Shown: one piece after another, positions 18,325 through 28,089 of the stretch
Layout of the letters: the number at the start of each line of letters is the position of its first letter
Position numbering within the stretch: the stretch's first letter is position 1
Assembly (NCBI GenBank): GCA_964435855.1
Contig: CAYTAU010000008.1
Coordinates: 2,096 to 66,095 of the forward strand
DNA from: an uncultured Bacteroidales bacterium
Lineage (GTDB): Bacteria; Bacteroidota; Bacteroidia; Bacteroidales; CAYTAU01
Direction of reading: 5' to 3'
DNA: 64,000 bases
The notes under the pieces: model-generated
What the model was told of the DNA's origin: nothing
The model's database searches: none
The model's input: the letters and a program-made list of their open reading frames with translations, nothing else
Translations under genes and position numbers: made by a program

Positions 18325-21300
18325 ATGATTTTTTTCGAGCAAATAATATCACCATTTATTTTTATAATTAAGCAAATATTTTTGTTTAGTTATGAATTAA
18401 CCGGTGATTATGGTGTAGCTATTATTTTATTAAGTTTTGTAGTATCATTGATCTTATTGCCAATTTTTATTTTAATAGAAAAATCCAAAAAGAAAGATGA
18501 TGTTGTAAGGAAAAAAATGAAACCCTTAATTGATGAAATTAAGCGAGTTTATAAAGGGCAAGAACGTTATTATTATTTAAAAACAATAAATCGTCAGTAT
18601 AATTACAATTCTTTCAAGGCACTAATTCCAATTTTAAGTTTATTAATTCAGATACCATTTTTTATTGCAGCTTATCAGTTTTTAGAAAATTTTACAGAAC
18701 TAAAAGATGTAAGCTTTTTATTTATTAAAGACTTAAGTCTTCCCGATGGATTGTTTGGAGATATACATTTTTTACCAATCCTAATGACATTGGTAAATTT
18801 ATTAACAGCGTATTTATACACACGTAATGGCAATACATCTGAGCGCAAACAAATGTTAATAGTTGCAGGAGCTTTTTTGATTTTACTATTTAATCTTCCC
18901 TCAGGTTTAGTTCTTTATTGGACAATGAATAATGTTTTTAGCTTTTTTAGATTGTTTATTACAAATAAGGAAGTTTTTAAATCCAATTTATTAGGTTCAT
19001 CAAATTTTAATTTTGATTTTAAGGCTTCATATAAAAAACTCAAAATAATATTTATTGTTATTTTGGCACCTCTTTTATTCTCTCAGTTTTATTGGGCTTT
19101 TAATCATGATTTTAATGATATTTATATCCGCTTGCTGATGGCAATACTTATATCAGTTGGCTTAACCTTGTTAATCTGGCTAATAATAAATTTCTATAAA
19201 CATTACAAAACAACCATACTTGAAATAAAAGTAAAGCCAAGCTTGTTTTTTACTTTATTATTTTTAACTGTTTATTTTCATTTATCATCTCAGTTTTATT
19301 TTACAGGGGAAAATGCAACATTAAGTATAATTGCCTTATTAATGCTAATCCCTATTCAGTTTATTGGTTACATATATACGATTCGAACAAGATCAAAAAA
19401 AATTGCATATAAGTTTACAATTATTATTTATTTAGTTATTGTAGCTTATCAACTAGTTTCGTTAATATCCTATATTGCTGAAGATATTTTAATTAGTATT
19501 TTTAAAATAGAAATATTAATTGAATCAGGCTCATTCTCAGACATATTGGTGCCGGGTATTATTTTTTCCTTAATTTCATCAATTTATTATCTGCGACATA
19601 ATGGAACCCAGACAAATATAACAGCAAGAAAGAATTGGTTAATTTTTTCCCTTTCTATATTATATATCTTTGGGGTAATATTCTTTTGGCACCCCTTAAT
19701 TGTGTATTCTTCTTTTCCTGCAAATTTTGAATTTCCGGCATATAAATTTTTTAGCAATAATTTAATTCCATTTATAATAAGTATTTTCTCCAGTATTTTG
19801 CTTTATAAAATACTCTCAAAAAAATATAGAATAAATATGCTTCAAGTATTTTTATGGCTTGTTATTATTGTTCTATTGTATAGCTCAATTATTCCATTCG
19901 ATGTTGGTACATTACAAGTAAATTTTTTCTCAAAAGAAAATAATTTGGCTGCTGAAACATACAAATATTTATTTGAAGCTATTTTGTTAATAGGTATTTA
20001 TATTATAGTAATTAGGGTGTTAAAACGAAAGTATTTTAAACAAATTACTTTTGTATTAATTGTTTTGAACCTGTTTATTATTAGTCAAAGCTTATATTTA
20101 TCAGTAAAAACAGGTGTATTTTTTTCTAAGGGAAATGATAACATTAAAGCTAAAGAAATTCAGTTTTCAAAAAATAATGAAAACATAATATTCTTTATTA
20201 TAGATGGAGCACAGGGTTGGTATATGCGAGATATTTTTATTGAAAACCCCAAACTAAATGATTTATATGATGGTTTTGTTTGGTATCCAAATACAATTTC
20301 AACATCAAATTATACATATTCTTCTGTTCCCGGTATGATGTGTGGAAATGATTTCTCTATTGAAAATATGAATAAAGATGAGGATAAAACCATAACTCAA
20401 AAAGTAACTAATGCCACTGCTAAATTCTATAGTAAAATTAAAGATAAGGGCTATTATTTTACAGGAAATCACCTTTCATACTCAAACTTAGATACAAAAC
20501 AAATTGACAATTTTCTCCCAAAATGGGAAAATAGTTGGTCAGAAGTAATAGGTCTGATTAATAGAGGTGAAATGTGGTATTCTCGTCTTTGGGAAAATGC
20601 ACTTTTTTCTTCTTCACCACTTTTTTTAAAACCAAGAATTTATAATCACAATAAATGGTTTGAAATAAGGAAAAATGAACAAAAAGAAATTACAACTACA
20701 GAACTCTTAGGCAAATATAGTTTTATTACAATTTTACCTAAAATCTCAAGCAACAAAAGTAATAATTCTAATTTTATTTATATTCATTCAATGTTTGCAC
20801 ATGCCCCTTGGGATTTAATTACAGAAGGTAACAAACTAATTAGTGATGTAAGCCCTTATGAAAATCAAAAACAATTTATTGAGTTTTTTGCAAAATGGCT
20901 AACTTGGATGAAAGAAAATGAAGTTTATGATAATACCAAAATAATTCTTGTGTCAGATCATGGACCATCTTGGTGGCATTATGACAAAAAAATAGAAGAC
21001 CATAACATACCTATAGTTTGGTCTAAAGATAATAAGGTTGTATTAGTGGAGTTTCTTAGATTAAACCCTGTTTTGATGGTAAAGGACTTTAATTCAAAAG
21101 GAAAAGTGAAAGAAGATTGGAGAATAATGAGCAATATTGATACTTATGCAATTGCATTTGATGAAAATGATCCAACAAAAAATAATCTTCCATCAAGAAC
21201 AGTTTATACATACTATACAAAATGGCACACAGATTTAAAAACTAGAAAAAAATACCAAAATAACCTTGCATTTCAGATCAAGGATAATGTATATGATATT

Positions 21301-21711
21301 AATAATTGGAAAAAAATTTCAACGTCAAATGATGCTGTGTCATATATGGAAAAAAATTCTTCTATAAGTATCTATGACAGTACTAATTTAGATGTAATTT
21401 TTTTAAATAAACAACGAACTATAATAATTTCAAGGATTAAAAATAGTTATGATTGGCTTGAAAATGTGAAAAGCCAAGCTAAAAAAAGAGAAATAACTTT
21501 AGATTCGATGTTAATATTATCAGCAAATTATGTTATAGAAACTGCAGAATCAGGATGCATAAAAGAAAGAGCAGTACTCATTCATAAAATAAAAAATGAT
21601 GAAGAGTGGTTAAACTCCATTATTGAAGATGCTAAAGTGAAAAATATTCAAATCGATTCAATGATATTGAAAAATGTTAATCACATTTTATATACCAGGC
21701 AAAATAAATGA
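18325..21711 (+). CDS. fusion protein: YidC/Oxa1-like module + polytopic region + LtaS/EptA-like sulfatase-fold domain + 2 C-terminal W/KAK repeats
   Basis: N-terminus has YGVAIILLSFVVSLILLP, MKPLIDEIKRVY, LLIQIPFFIAAY, FLFIKDLSLPD and PSGLVLYWTMNNVFSF. The extracytoplasmic domain has IFFIIDGAQGWY and ILVSDHGPSW. Confidence 0.7.
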   Translation: MIFFEQIISPFIFIIKQIFLFSYELTGDYGVAIILLSFVVSLILLPIFILIEKSKKKDDVVRKKMKPLIDEIKRVYKGQERYYYLKTINRQYNYNSFKALIPILSLLIQIPFFIAAYQFLENFTELKDVSFLFIKDLSLPDGLFGDIHFLPILMTLVNLLTAYLYTRNGNTSERKQMLIVAGAFLILLFNLPSGLVLYWTMNNVFSFFRLFITNKEVFKSNLLGSSNFNFDFKASYKKLKIIFIVILAPLLFSQFYWAFNHDFNDIYIRLLMAILISVGLTLLIWLIINFYKHYKTTILEIKVKPSLFFTLLFLTVYFHLSSQFYFTGENATLSIIALLMLIPIQFIGYIYTIRTRSKKIAYKFTIIIYLVIVAYQLVSLISYIAEDILISIFKIEILIESGSFSDILVPGIIFSLISSIYYLRHNGTQTNITARKNWLIFSLSILYIFGVIFFWHPLIVYSSFPANFEFPAYKFFSNNLIPFIISIFSSILLYKILSKKYRINMLQVFLWLVIIVLLYSSIIPFDVGTLQVNFFSKENNLAAETYKYLFEAILLIGIYIIVIRVLKRKYFKQITFVLIVLNLFIISQSLYLSVKTGVFFSKGNDNIKAKEIQFSKNNENIIFFIIDGAQGWYMRDIFIENPKLNDLYDGFVWYPNTISTSNYTYSSVPGMMCGNDFSIENMNKDEDKTITQKVTNATAKFYSKIKDKGYYFTGNHLSYSNLDTKQIDNFLPKWENSWSEVIGLINRGEMWYSRLWENALFSSSPLFLKPRIYNHNKWFEIRKNEQKEITTTELLGKYSFITILPKISSNKSNNSNFIYIHSMFAHAPWDLITEGNKLISDVSPYENQKQFIEFFAKWLTWMKENEVYDNTKIILVSDHGPSWWHYDKKIEDHNIPIVWSKDNKVVLVEFLRLNPVLMVKDFNSKGKVKEDWRIMSNIDTYAIAFDENDPTKNNLPSRTVYTYYTKWHTDLKTRKKYQNNLAFQIKDNVYDINNWKKISTSNDAVSYMEKNSSISIYDSTNLDVIFLNKQRTIIISRIKNSYDWLENVKSQAKKREITLDSMLILSANYVIETAESGCIKERAVLIHKIKNDEEWLNSIIEDAKVKNIQIDSMILKNVNHILYTRQNK

Positions 21712-24700
21712 ATTTTTTCGAGCAAATTATATCACCATTTATTTTTATAATTAAGCAAATCTTTTTGTTTAGTTCTGAATTAACCGGTAATTATGGTGTA
21801 GCTATTATTTTATTAAGTTTTGTAGTATCATTGATCTTATTGCCAATTTTTATTTTAATAGAAAAATCCAAAAAGAAAGATGATGTTGTAAGGAAAAAAA
21901 TGAAACCCTTAATTGATGAAATTAAGCGAGTTTATAAAGGGCAAGAACGTTATTATTATTTAAAAACAATAAATCGTCAGTATAATTACAATTCTTTCAA
22001 GGCACTAATTCCAATTTTAAGTTTATTAATTCAGATACCATTTTTTATTGCAGCTTATCAGTTTTTAGAAAATTTTACAGAACTAAAAGATGTAAGCTTT
22101 TTATTTATTAAAGACTTAAGTCTTCCCGATGGATTGTTTGGAGATATACATTTTTTACCAATCCTAATGACATTGGTAAATTTATTAACAGCGTATTTAT
22201 ACACACGTAATGGCAATACATCTGAGCGCAAACAAATGTTAATAGTTGCAGGAGCTTTTTTGATTTTACTATTTAATCTTCCCTCAGGTTTAGTTCTTTA
22301 TTGGACAATGAATAATGTTTTTAGCTTTTTTAGATTGTTTATTACAAATAAGGAAGTTTTTAAAGCCAATTTATTCGGTTCATCAAATTTTAATTTTGAT
22401 TTTAAGTCTTCATATAAAAAACTCAGAATAATATTTATTGTTATTTTGGCACCTCTTTTATTTTCTCAGCTCTATTGGGCTTTTAATCATGACTTTAATG
22501 ATATCTATATCCGCTTACTGGTGACAGTACCTATATCAGTTGGTTTAACTTTTTTTGTATGGCTAATAATAAATATATACCGTCATTACAAACAAGCTTT
22601 ATATAATATACAAGTAAAACCGAACTTGTTTTTCACTTTATTATTTTTAACTGTTTACTTTCATTTATCATCTCAGTTTTATTTTACAGGAGAAAATGCA
22701 ACACTAAGTATAATTGCCTTATTAATGCTAATACCTATTCAGTTTATTGGTTACATATATACAATTCGAACAAAATCAAAAAAAATTGCATATAAGTTTA
22801 CAATTATTATTTACTCCCTTATTGTAGCATATCAACTAATTACAATAACTTCTTATTTTGCAGAAGATATATCATTTAGTGTGGCAAAAATTAACATATT
22901 TATTAAACCCGGTTCATTTTCAGATGTATTAGTATCCGGTATTATTTTTTCTTTAATTGCATCAATATACTTTTTTCGTTCTTCTAAAATTAAATTTGAA
23001 AACAATAATAGATCAAACTATTTTATCTACACATTGTCAATAATTTTTATTTTTGGATTAATATTTTTCTGGAAACCATTATTAGTATACTCTTCTTCTC
23101 CTGATACATTTAGTTTCCCGGCTGGGCATATTTTTAAATATAATTACAAACTTTTTTTAATATGGTTTAGTATTTTAGTGCTAGCCTACATTTTGTTGCC
23201 AAAAAAATACAAAAAGATCTTGTTATACCTAAGTCTAATATATGTAGTTATTAGCTTTATATATAGCTTAATAATTCCTATTCAACTTGGATCATTACAA
23301 GTTTCAAAGTTTTCTGAACAGAAAAATCTTGAAGCACCTATAATGCATTACTTATTAGAAGCTATATTATTAATATGTATATTTTTTGCAGTTAACTGGG
23401 TTTATAAAAAAAAGTACTACAAAGTTACTGCTATAGTTTTGATTGTTTTCAACTTTTTATTGATAGGTCAAAGTATTTTTAGTGCATATAAAACAGGATA
23501 TTTTTATAGATCAGTTTACGAAGAAAAAATAAACACAAAAGATATTCCTTTTTCAAAAGATCAACAAAATATTGTTTATTTTCTTGCAGATGGATTTCAG
23601 GGATGGTATATAAAAAGAATAATGGAAGAAGAATCTGAGTTAAAAGATGTGTTTTCCGGTTTTACATGGTTTCCTAATACTTTATCAGAATCTAACTATA
23701 CACATTCTTCTGTAAATTCACTCTTTATAGGAAAAAAAGGTTCTGTAATTCAGATGAATGCTGATACAATACATACAATTAAAGAAAAAATTAATTACGC
23801 AGCTCTAGCTTTTATAAAAAAAATAAGAGAAAAAGGATATACTTATTCCAGTACTTATATGCATTATTCAGGTGTAGAGGCAAGCGAATTTGACAACTAT
23901 ATACCTTTTTGGAACGATGTATGGAATAAATGGTCTATTGATGTACCACTTGGGAATAAGATTGATGTTTGGAAAAAACGACTTTATGAAAATGCACTAT
24001 TTTATAGCCTGCCATTATTCCTAAAGCCTAAAATATATAATAAAACAGAGTGGCTACAATATTATTTTCCTAATCTAGAAGGAAAAAAACAAGATGGATA
24101 TAAATACTCTTATGAGCCGTATAATTTTATTAGACTATTGCCATATATATCTGTAATAGATTCGGGAATACCTAATTTTGTTTATATACACGATCATTCG
24201 TTGCATAACCCATGGAACACAGTAAATGACTTAGGGGAAATGAAAAACGATGTTCATCCTTATGAAGTTAGTATATGGTTCATTCAACGTTTTGCACGTT
24301 GGATAAAATGGATGAAGGATAATGATGTATATGATAATACAAAAATTGTAATAGTTTCAGATCACGGAGTATCTTGGTCTGCATTTGATGGTGAAGTAGA
24401 CATAAAATCATCGGTAAATTGGGAAAATAACCCTAGTAAAATATCCAAAATTTTATTTTGGAGACTTAACGCACTTTTAATGGTAAAGGATTTTAATGCA
24501 ACAGGACCTCTTAAAGAAGATTGGCGTATTATGACAAATGCTGATGCCCCTGAATTAATTTTTAATTTTAAAGAATTTATTGATAATGATTCAATAAACA
24601 GAATATTAAATTCATACTATACTAAATGGGAGGGGGAAATGACAAGTAAAATAATAATAAATATTCCAAAACAATATGAAGTAGAAAATGATATTTATGA

Positions 24701-24737
24701 TTTGAATAACTGGAAAGAAATTAAAGAAGTGAAATGA
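21708..24737 (+). CDS. paralog of 18325..21711 (YidC-like + polytopic + sulfatase-fold domain, no C-terminal repeats)
   Basis: First ~219 aa almost identical to the upstream paralog. VYFLADGFQGWY and VIVSDHGVSW. ATGA overlaps at both ends. Confidence 0.7.
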   Translation: MNFFEQIISPFIFIIKQIFLFSSELTGNYGVAIILLSFVVSLILLPIFILIEKSKKKDDVVRKKMKPLIDEIKRVYKGQERYYYLKTINRQYNYNSFKALIPILSLLIQIPFFIAAYQFLENFTELKDVSFLFIKDLSLPDGLFGDIHFLPILMTLVNLLTAYLYTRNGNTSERKQMLIVAGAFLILLFNLPSGLVLYWTMNNVFSFFRLFITNKEVFKANLFGSSNFNFDFKSSYKKLRIIFIVILAPLLFSQLYWAFNHDFNDIYIRLLVTVPISVGLTFFVWLIINIYRHYKQALYNIQVKPNLFFTLLFLTVYFHLSSQFYFTGENATLSIIALLMLIPIQFIGYIYTIRTKSKKIAYKFTIIIYSLIVAYQLITITSYFAEDISFSVAKINIFIKPGSFSDVLVSGIIFSLIASIYFFRSSKIKFENNNRSNYFIYTLSIIFIFGLIFFWKPLLVYSSSPDTFSFPAGHIFKYNYKLFLIWFSILVLAYILLPKKYKKILLYLSLIYVVISFIYSLIIPIQLGSLQVSKFSEQKNLEAPIMHYLLEAILLICIFFAVNWVYKKKYYKVTAIVLIVFNFLLIGQSIFSAYKTGYFYRSVYEEKINTKDIPFSKDQQNIVYFLADGFQGWYIKRIMEEESELKDVFSGFTWFPNTLSESNYTHSSVNSLFIGKKGSVIQMNADTIHTIKEKINYAALAFIKKIREKGYTYSSTYMHYSGVEASEFDNYIPFWNDVWNKWSIDVPLGNKIDVWKKRLYENALFYSLPLFLKPKIYNKTEWLQYYFPNLEGKKQDGYKYSYEPYNFIRLLPYISVIDSGIPNFVYIHDHSLHNPWNTVNDLGEMKNDVHPYEVSIWFIQRFARWIKWMKDNDVYDNTKIVIVSDHGVSWSAFDGEVDIKSSVNWENNPSKISKILFWRLNALLMVKDFNATGPLKEDWRIMTNADAPELIFNFKEFIDNDSINRILNSYYTKWEGEMTSKIIINIPKQYEVENDIYDLNNWKEIKEVK

Positions 24738-26644
24738 GGATAATATTAATTATTATTATTATTACAGTAATTGCTTTTAGTTGTAATAAGCCTAAATCTG
24801 CTCGTGATATTTTTAAATATAATCATGAAGAAGAGATATTTTTAGATTATACAAACAGTTATAATGAGGGATTTAATATTCCTGGTAATAATTCTTTTTT
24901 TGAAATAAAATTTATTTCAGAGGATTTTATTGGAAAATACTATAAAATATACTATCAGAATGAAAGTTATAAATTTGATGATACATTAAATTTATCTAAT
25001 GAGAACTTTTATGGTAGTTGGTCCGATACAAATATTGAGTTTGAAAATTTTTCAGAGGATACTACAATTATTAAATTTCAGATTCAGGGGAATCCAAGAA
25101 ATGAAGAAAAGTACTATCAAGATAATAGGGTTTATTTATCAGAAAATAAAATTCAGAAAACAGCAGAATCAATTTTAACTGATAAAAAATGGTCAAATGA
25201 TATTTTAGAAAAATCAAAATTGAATAATGTATCTTTCGAAAAACAACTTTATATTGATACAGAATGGCTTTTGCTTGATAAACAAAAGAGCAAAAGAACT
25301 AATAATAGATGGCAACGTAATCCTAGGCTTGGAGTTTATAGTTTGTTAATCGTAATAGTAGATCCAGAACAATTAGCAAAAACACCAAAATATATTGCTA
25401 ACATTAGTTTGAAAAATTCAGAATCTCATTTTGTTAATCCATATAAATATTTTGCCGATAATGAAGATAATAGCAAGGGCTTGGTGTATAAAATTGATAG
25501 GATAATAAAAGTAAAAGCTAAACCTCCTGTCAATAAAGGGATATATGTTAATTGTAAATTAAGAGACATAGATACAGCATATTATAATAAATATGTAAAT
25601 AGCAGTTTAAAGCTAAATAATAATGCAGCATTTGCTTATTTCCCAAATAAACGTTCCATTGATAAACCTATCCAAAATTTACCGGTGAGCTCAAAGTTAT
25701 TATCAGGTGAATACAGTTTAGAAGATTATAAAAAAAATATTGATGAGTTTGATGAACAAAGACTTGAAATTTTCTTTAAAAACTCAAAAGCTCCCGGTAA
25801 AACTTTTGGCGTTAATGAAAAAAACAATTCAATATGGTTTAAAAACCCTGCAAATAAAGAAGGAGAGTATTTAAAAGAAAATATTGGTATTCAAACCAGA
25901 AATGGTTTTACATATGGTAAATATACATTTAAAATAAAAATGGCAGAACTTCTAAATAAGCATAATGTATGGACCGGTTTAACAAATGCATTATGGCTTA
26001 TGGCTGAATCTGATGCAGAATGGAACAAGCGTAGAATATGCAATAAAGGTGGTTTTTTACCATATTATGGAGCACCAAAGACTGAGAAGAGAATTCCTGC
26101 TGTTTCATATTCTGAAATTGATTTTGAGATAATTAAAGCTCCAGAGAATTGGCCAATAACATCTTATAAAGATAAAACTTGTAGAAAGGAAGATCCTGCA
26201 TCTCATGTTGACAAAGTTATGATTGCATGTACAAATTTTGATTTAGCATGCCAACAGCCAAATAGCTTTAATAACGGTGTAGAAAAAATTAGATATAAAA
26301 AAGATACTTTTAATATTCATAGATGGAATACATGGTATCATGCGCTAACATCAAAAGTCCCTATTGCTGATGATGAATTATTTCAAAATGAGTTTTATTA
26401 TTTTCAAATAGAATGGAAACCAACAGAAATTATTTGGCGTATTGGAAAAGATAAAAAAAATCTTAAGGTAGTAGGATATATGAACGACAAAGTAACCAGT
26501 ATCCCTAATAATCAAATGGTTTGTATTATTACCCAAGAGTATCACCACTCTCATTGGTGGCCGGAATCTCCTTTTGAACAGGAAAATGTACCTTTTACAT
26601 TAGAAGATTTAAAAGGGGTTTTATATGAAATTGAAATTGAATAG
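24734..26644 (+). CDS. lipoprotein with C-terminal GH16/ConA-like glucanase-fold domain and one W/KAK repeat
   Basis: Lipobox VIAFSC. YGKYTFKIKMAE...ALWLMAE, SEIDFEI (ExDxE) and YYFQIEWKPTEIIWRIG. Confidence 0.65.
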   Translation: MRIILIIIIITVIAFSCNKPKSARDIFKYNHEEEIFLDYTNSYNEGFNIPGNNSFFEIKFISEDFIGKYYKIYYQNESYKFDDTLNLSNENFYGSWSDTNIEFENFSEDTTIIKFQIQGNPRNEEKYYQDNRVYLSENKIQKTAESILTDKKWSNDILEKSKLNNVSFEKQLYIDTEWLLLDKQKSKRTNNRWQRNPRLGVYSLLIVIVDPEQLAKTPKYIANISLKNSESHFVNPYKYFADNEDNSKGLVYKIDRIIKVKAKPPVNKGIYVNCKLRDIDTAYYNKYVNSSLKLNNNAAFAYFPNKRSIDKPIQNLPVSSKLLSGEYSLEDYKKNIDEFDEQRLEIFFKNSKAPGKTFGVNEKNNSIWFKNPANKEGEYLKENIGIQTRNGFTYGKYTFKIKMAELLNKHNVWTGLTNALWLMAESDAEWNKRRICNKGGFLPYYGAPKTEKRIPAVSYSEIDFEIIKAPENWPITSYKDKTCRKEDPASHVDKVMIACTNFDLACQQPNSFNNGVEKIRYKKDTFNIHRWNTWYHALTSKVPIADDELFQNEFYYFQIEWKPTEIIWRIGKDKKNLKVVGYMNDKVTSIPNNQMVCIITQEYHHSHWWPESPFEQENVPFTLEDLKGVLYEIEIE

Positions 26645-26646
26645 AT

Positions 26647-28077
26647 ATGGTTTTTAGCAGTATCTTTTTTCTACTATATTTTTTACCGGTATTCTTAATA
26701 ATTTACCATATTATTCCTCATAAGTATAGAAATTGGTGGATATTAATATCAAGCATTCTCTTCTATTCATGGGGGGCTCCAAAATTTGTATTTGTAGTAG
26801 TTGCTTCTGTTATTATTGACTATTACATTATAAATGAAATGCATAAAATGAATAATGATAAAAACCGAAAATGGATGCTTGCTTTATCAATATCCATAAA
26901 TATTGGTTTATTATTGTTTTTTAAATATGCTAACTTTTTTGTTGAGAATGTTAATTCAGTTCTTCAAGGTATTGGATTCGAACAAGTAGGTTGGACATCA
27001 ATTGCATTACCAATAGGTATTTCATTTTATACATTTCAAACTTTAACATATTCAATTGATGTTTATAGAAAAGTTCACAAACCATTAAAAAGCCCTTTTC
27101 AATATTTGGTTTATATAATGCTTTTTCCTCAGATGATTGCGGGACCTATTGTACGCTTTAACCAAATAGCCGAACAAATTGAAGACAGAAAAAACCTTGA
27201 AACTATTGATAATAAGCTGCTTGGATTTTTCAGGTTTGCAATAGGTTTAGCAAAAAAAGTACTAATTGCTAATGTAATGGGGGCAGAAGCAGATAGAATA
27301 TTTGCGCTTAGTGAGGGAAACTTAGGCTTTTATCAAGCTTGGTTAGGTGTTTTAGCTTATACTTTCCAAATCTATTATGATTTTTCAGGTTATTCTGATA
27401 TGGCTATTGGTTTGGGCAGGATAATGGGCTTTAAATTTCCTGAAAATTTTAATAATCCATATATTTCTCAGAGTATTAGTGAATTCTGGAGAAGGTGGCA
27501 TATTACACTTGGTAGCTGGATGCGTGATTATTTATATATTCCACTCGGCGGTAGTAGGGTAAAATCAAAAAGAAGACTGTTTTTTAATCTTTGGCTGATA
27601 TTCATAATTTCAGGTTTATGGCATGGAGCTGCGTGGAACTTTATTATTTGGGGAGCTTACCATGGAATTTTTCTAATTTTTGATAGATTATTTTGGCTTA
27701 AGATTGTAGACAAAATTGGCAAATATCCAAGTATTTTTATAACATTCTTTATTACAATTATTGGATGGGTTCTTTTCAGAGCAGAAAGCTTATTTCAAAT
27801 AAAATACTATTTAAAGGCAATGTTTAGCTTTAAAACTATAGAGTTTGACTTTTATATTACTAATGAATTTTGGACATTATTTATTATTGCATTTATATTT
27901 GCATTTATTACTATTTCTAAATTAGGGCTTAAAATTGAGAACTTTGTATTCTTCAAAAAAAAATATAGTATTGGTCAAACACTATTTATGTCTTTTATAG
28001 TATTTTTATTATTAATTCTTTCTATTGCTAATATAGTTTCTTCTGATTTTAACCCTTTTATCTATTTTAGATTTTAA
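26647..28077 (+). CDS. MBOAT family O-acyltransferase (AlgI/DltB-like)
   Basis: FWRRWHITLGSWMRDYLYIPLGG and GLWHGAAWNF (conserved His). Polytopic. Confidence 0.9.
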   Translation: MVFSSIFFLLYFLPVFLIIYHIIPHKYRNWWILISSILFYSWGAPKFVFVVVASVIIDYYIINEMHKMNNDKNRKWMLALSISINIGLLLFFKYANFFVENVNSVLQGIGFEQVGWTSIALPIGISFYTFQTLTYSIDVYRKVHKPLKSPFQYLVYIMLFPQMIAGPIVRFNQIAEQIEDRKNLETIDNKLLGFFRFAIGLAKKVLIANVMGAEADRIFALSEGNLGFYQAWLGVLAYTFQIYYDFSGYSDMAIGLGRIMGFKFPENFNNPYISQSISEFWRRWHITLGSWMRDYLYIPLGGSRVKSKRRLFFNLWLIFIISGLWHGAAWNFIIWGAYHGIFLIFDRLFWLKIVDKIGKYPSIFITFFITIIGWVLFRAESLFQIKYYLKAMFSFKTIEFDFYITNEFWTLFIIAFIFAFITISKLGLKIENFVFFKKKYSIGQTLFMSFIVFLLLILSIANIVSSDFNPFIYFRF

Positions 28078-28089
28078 AATAACAAATTT

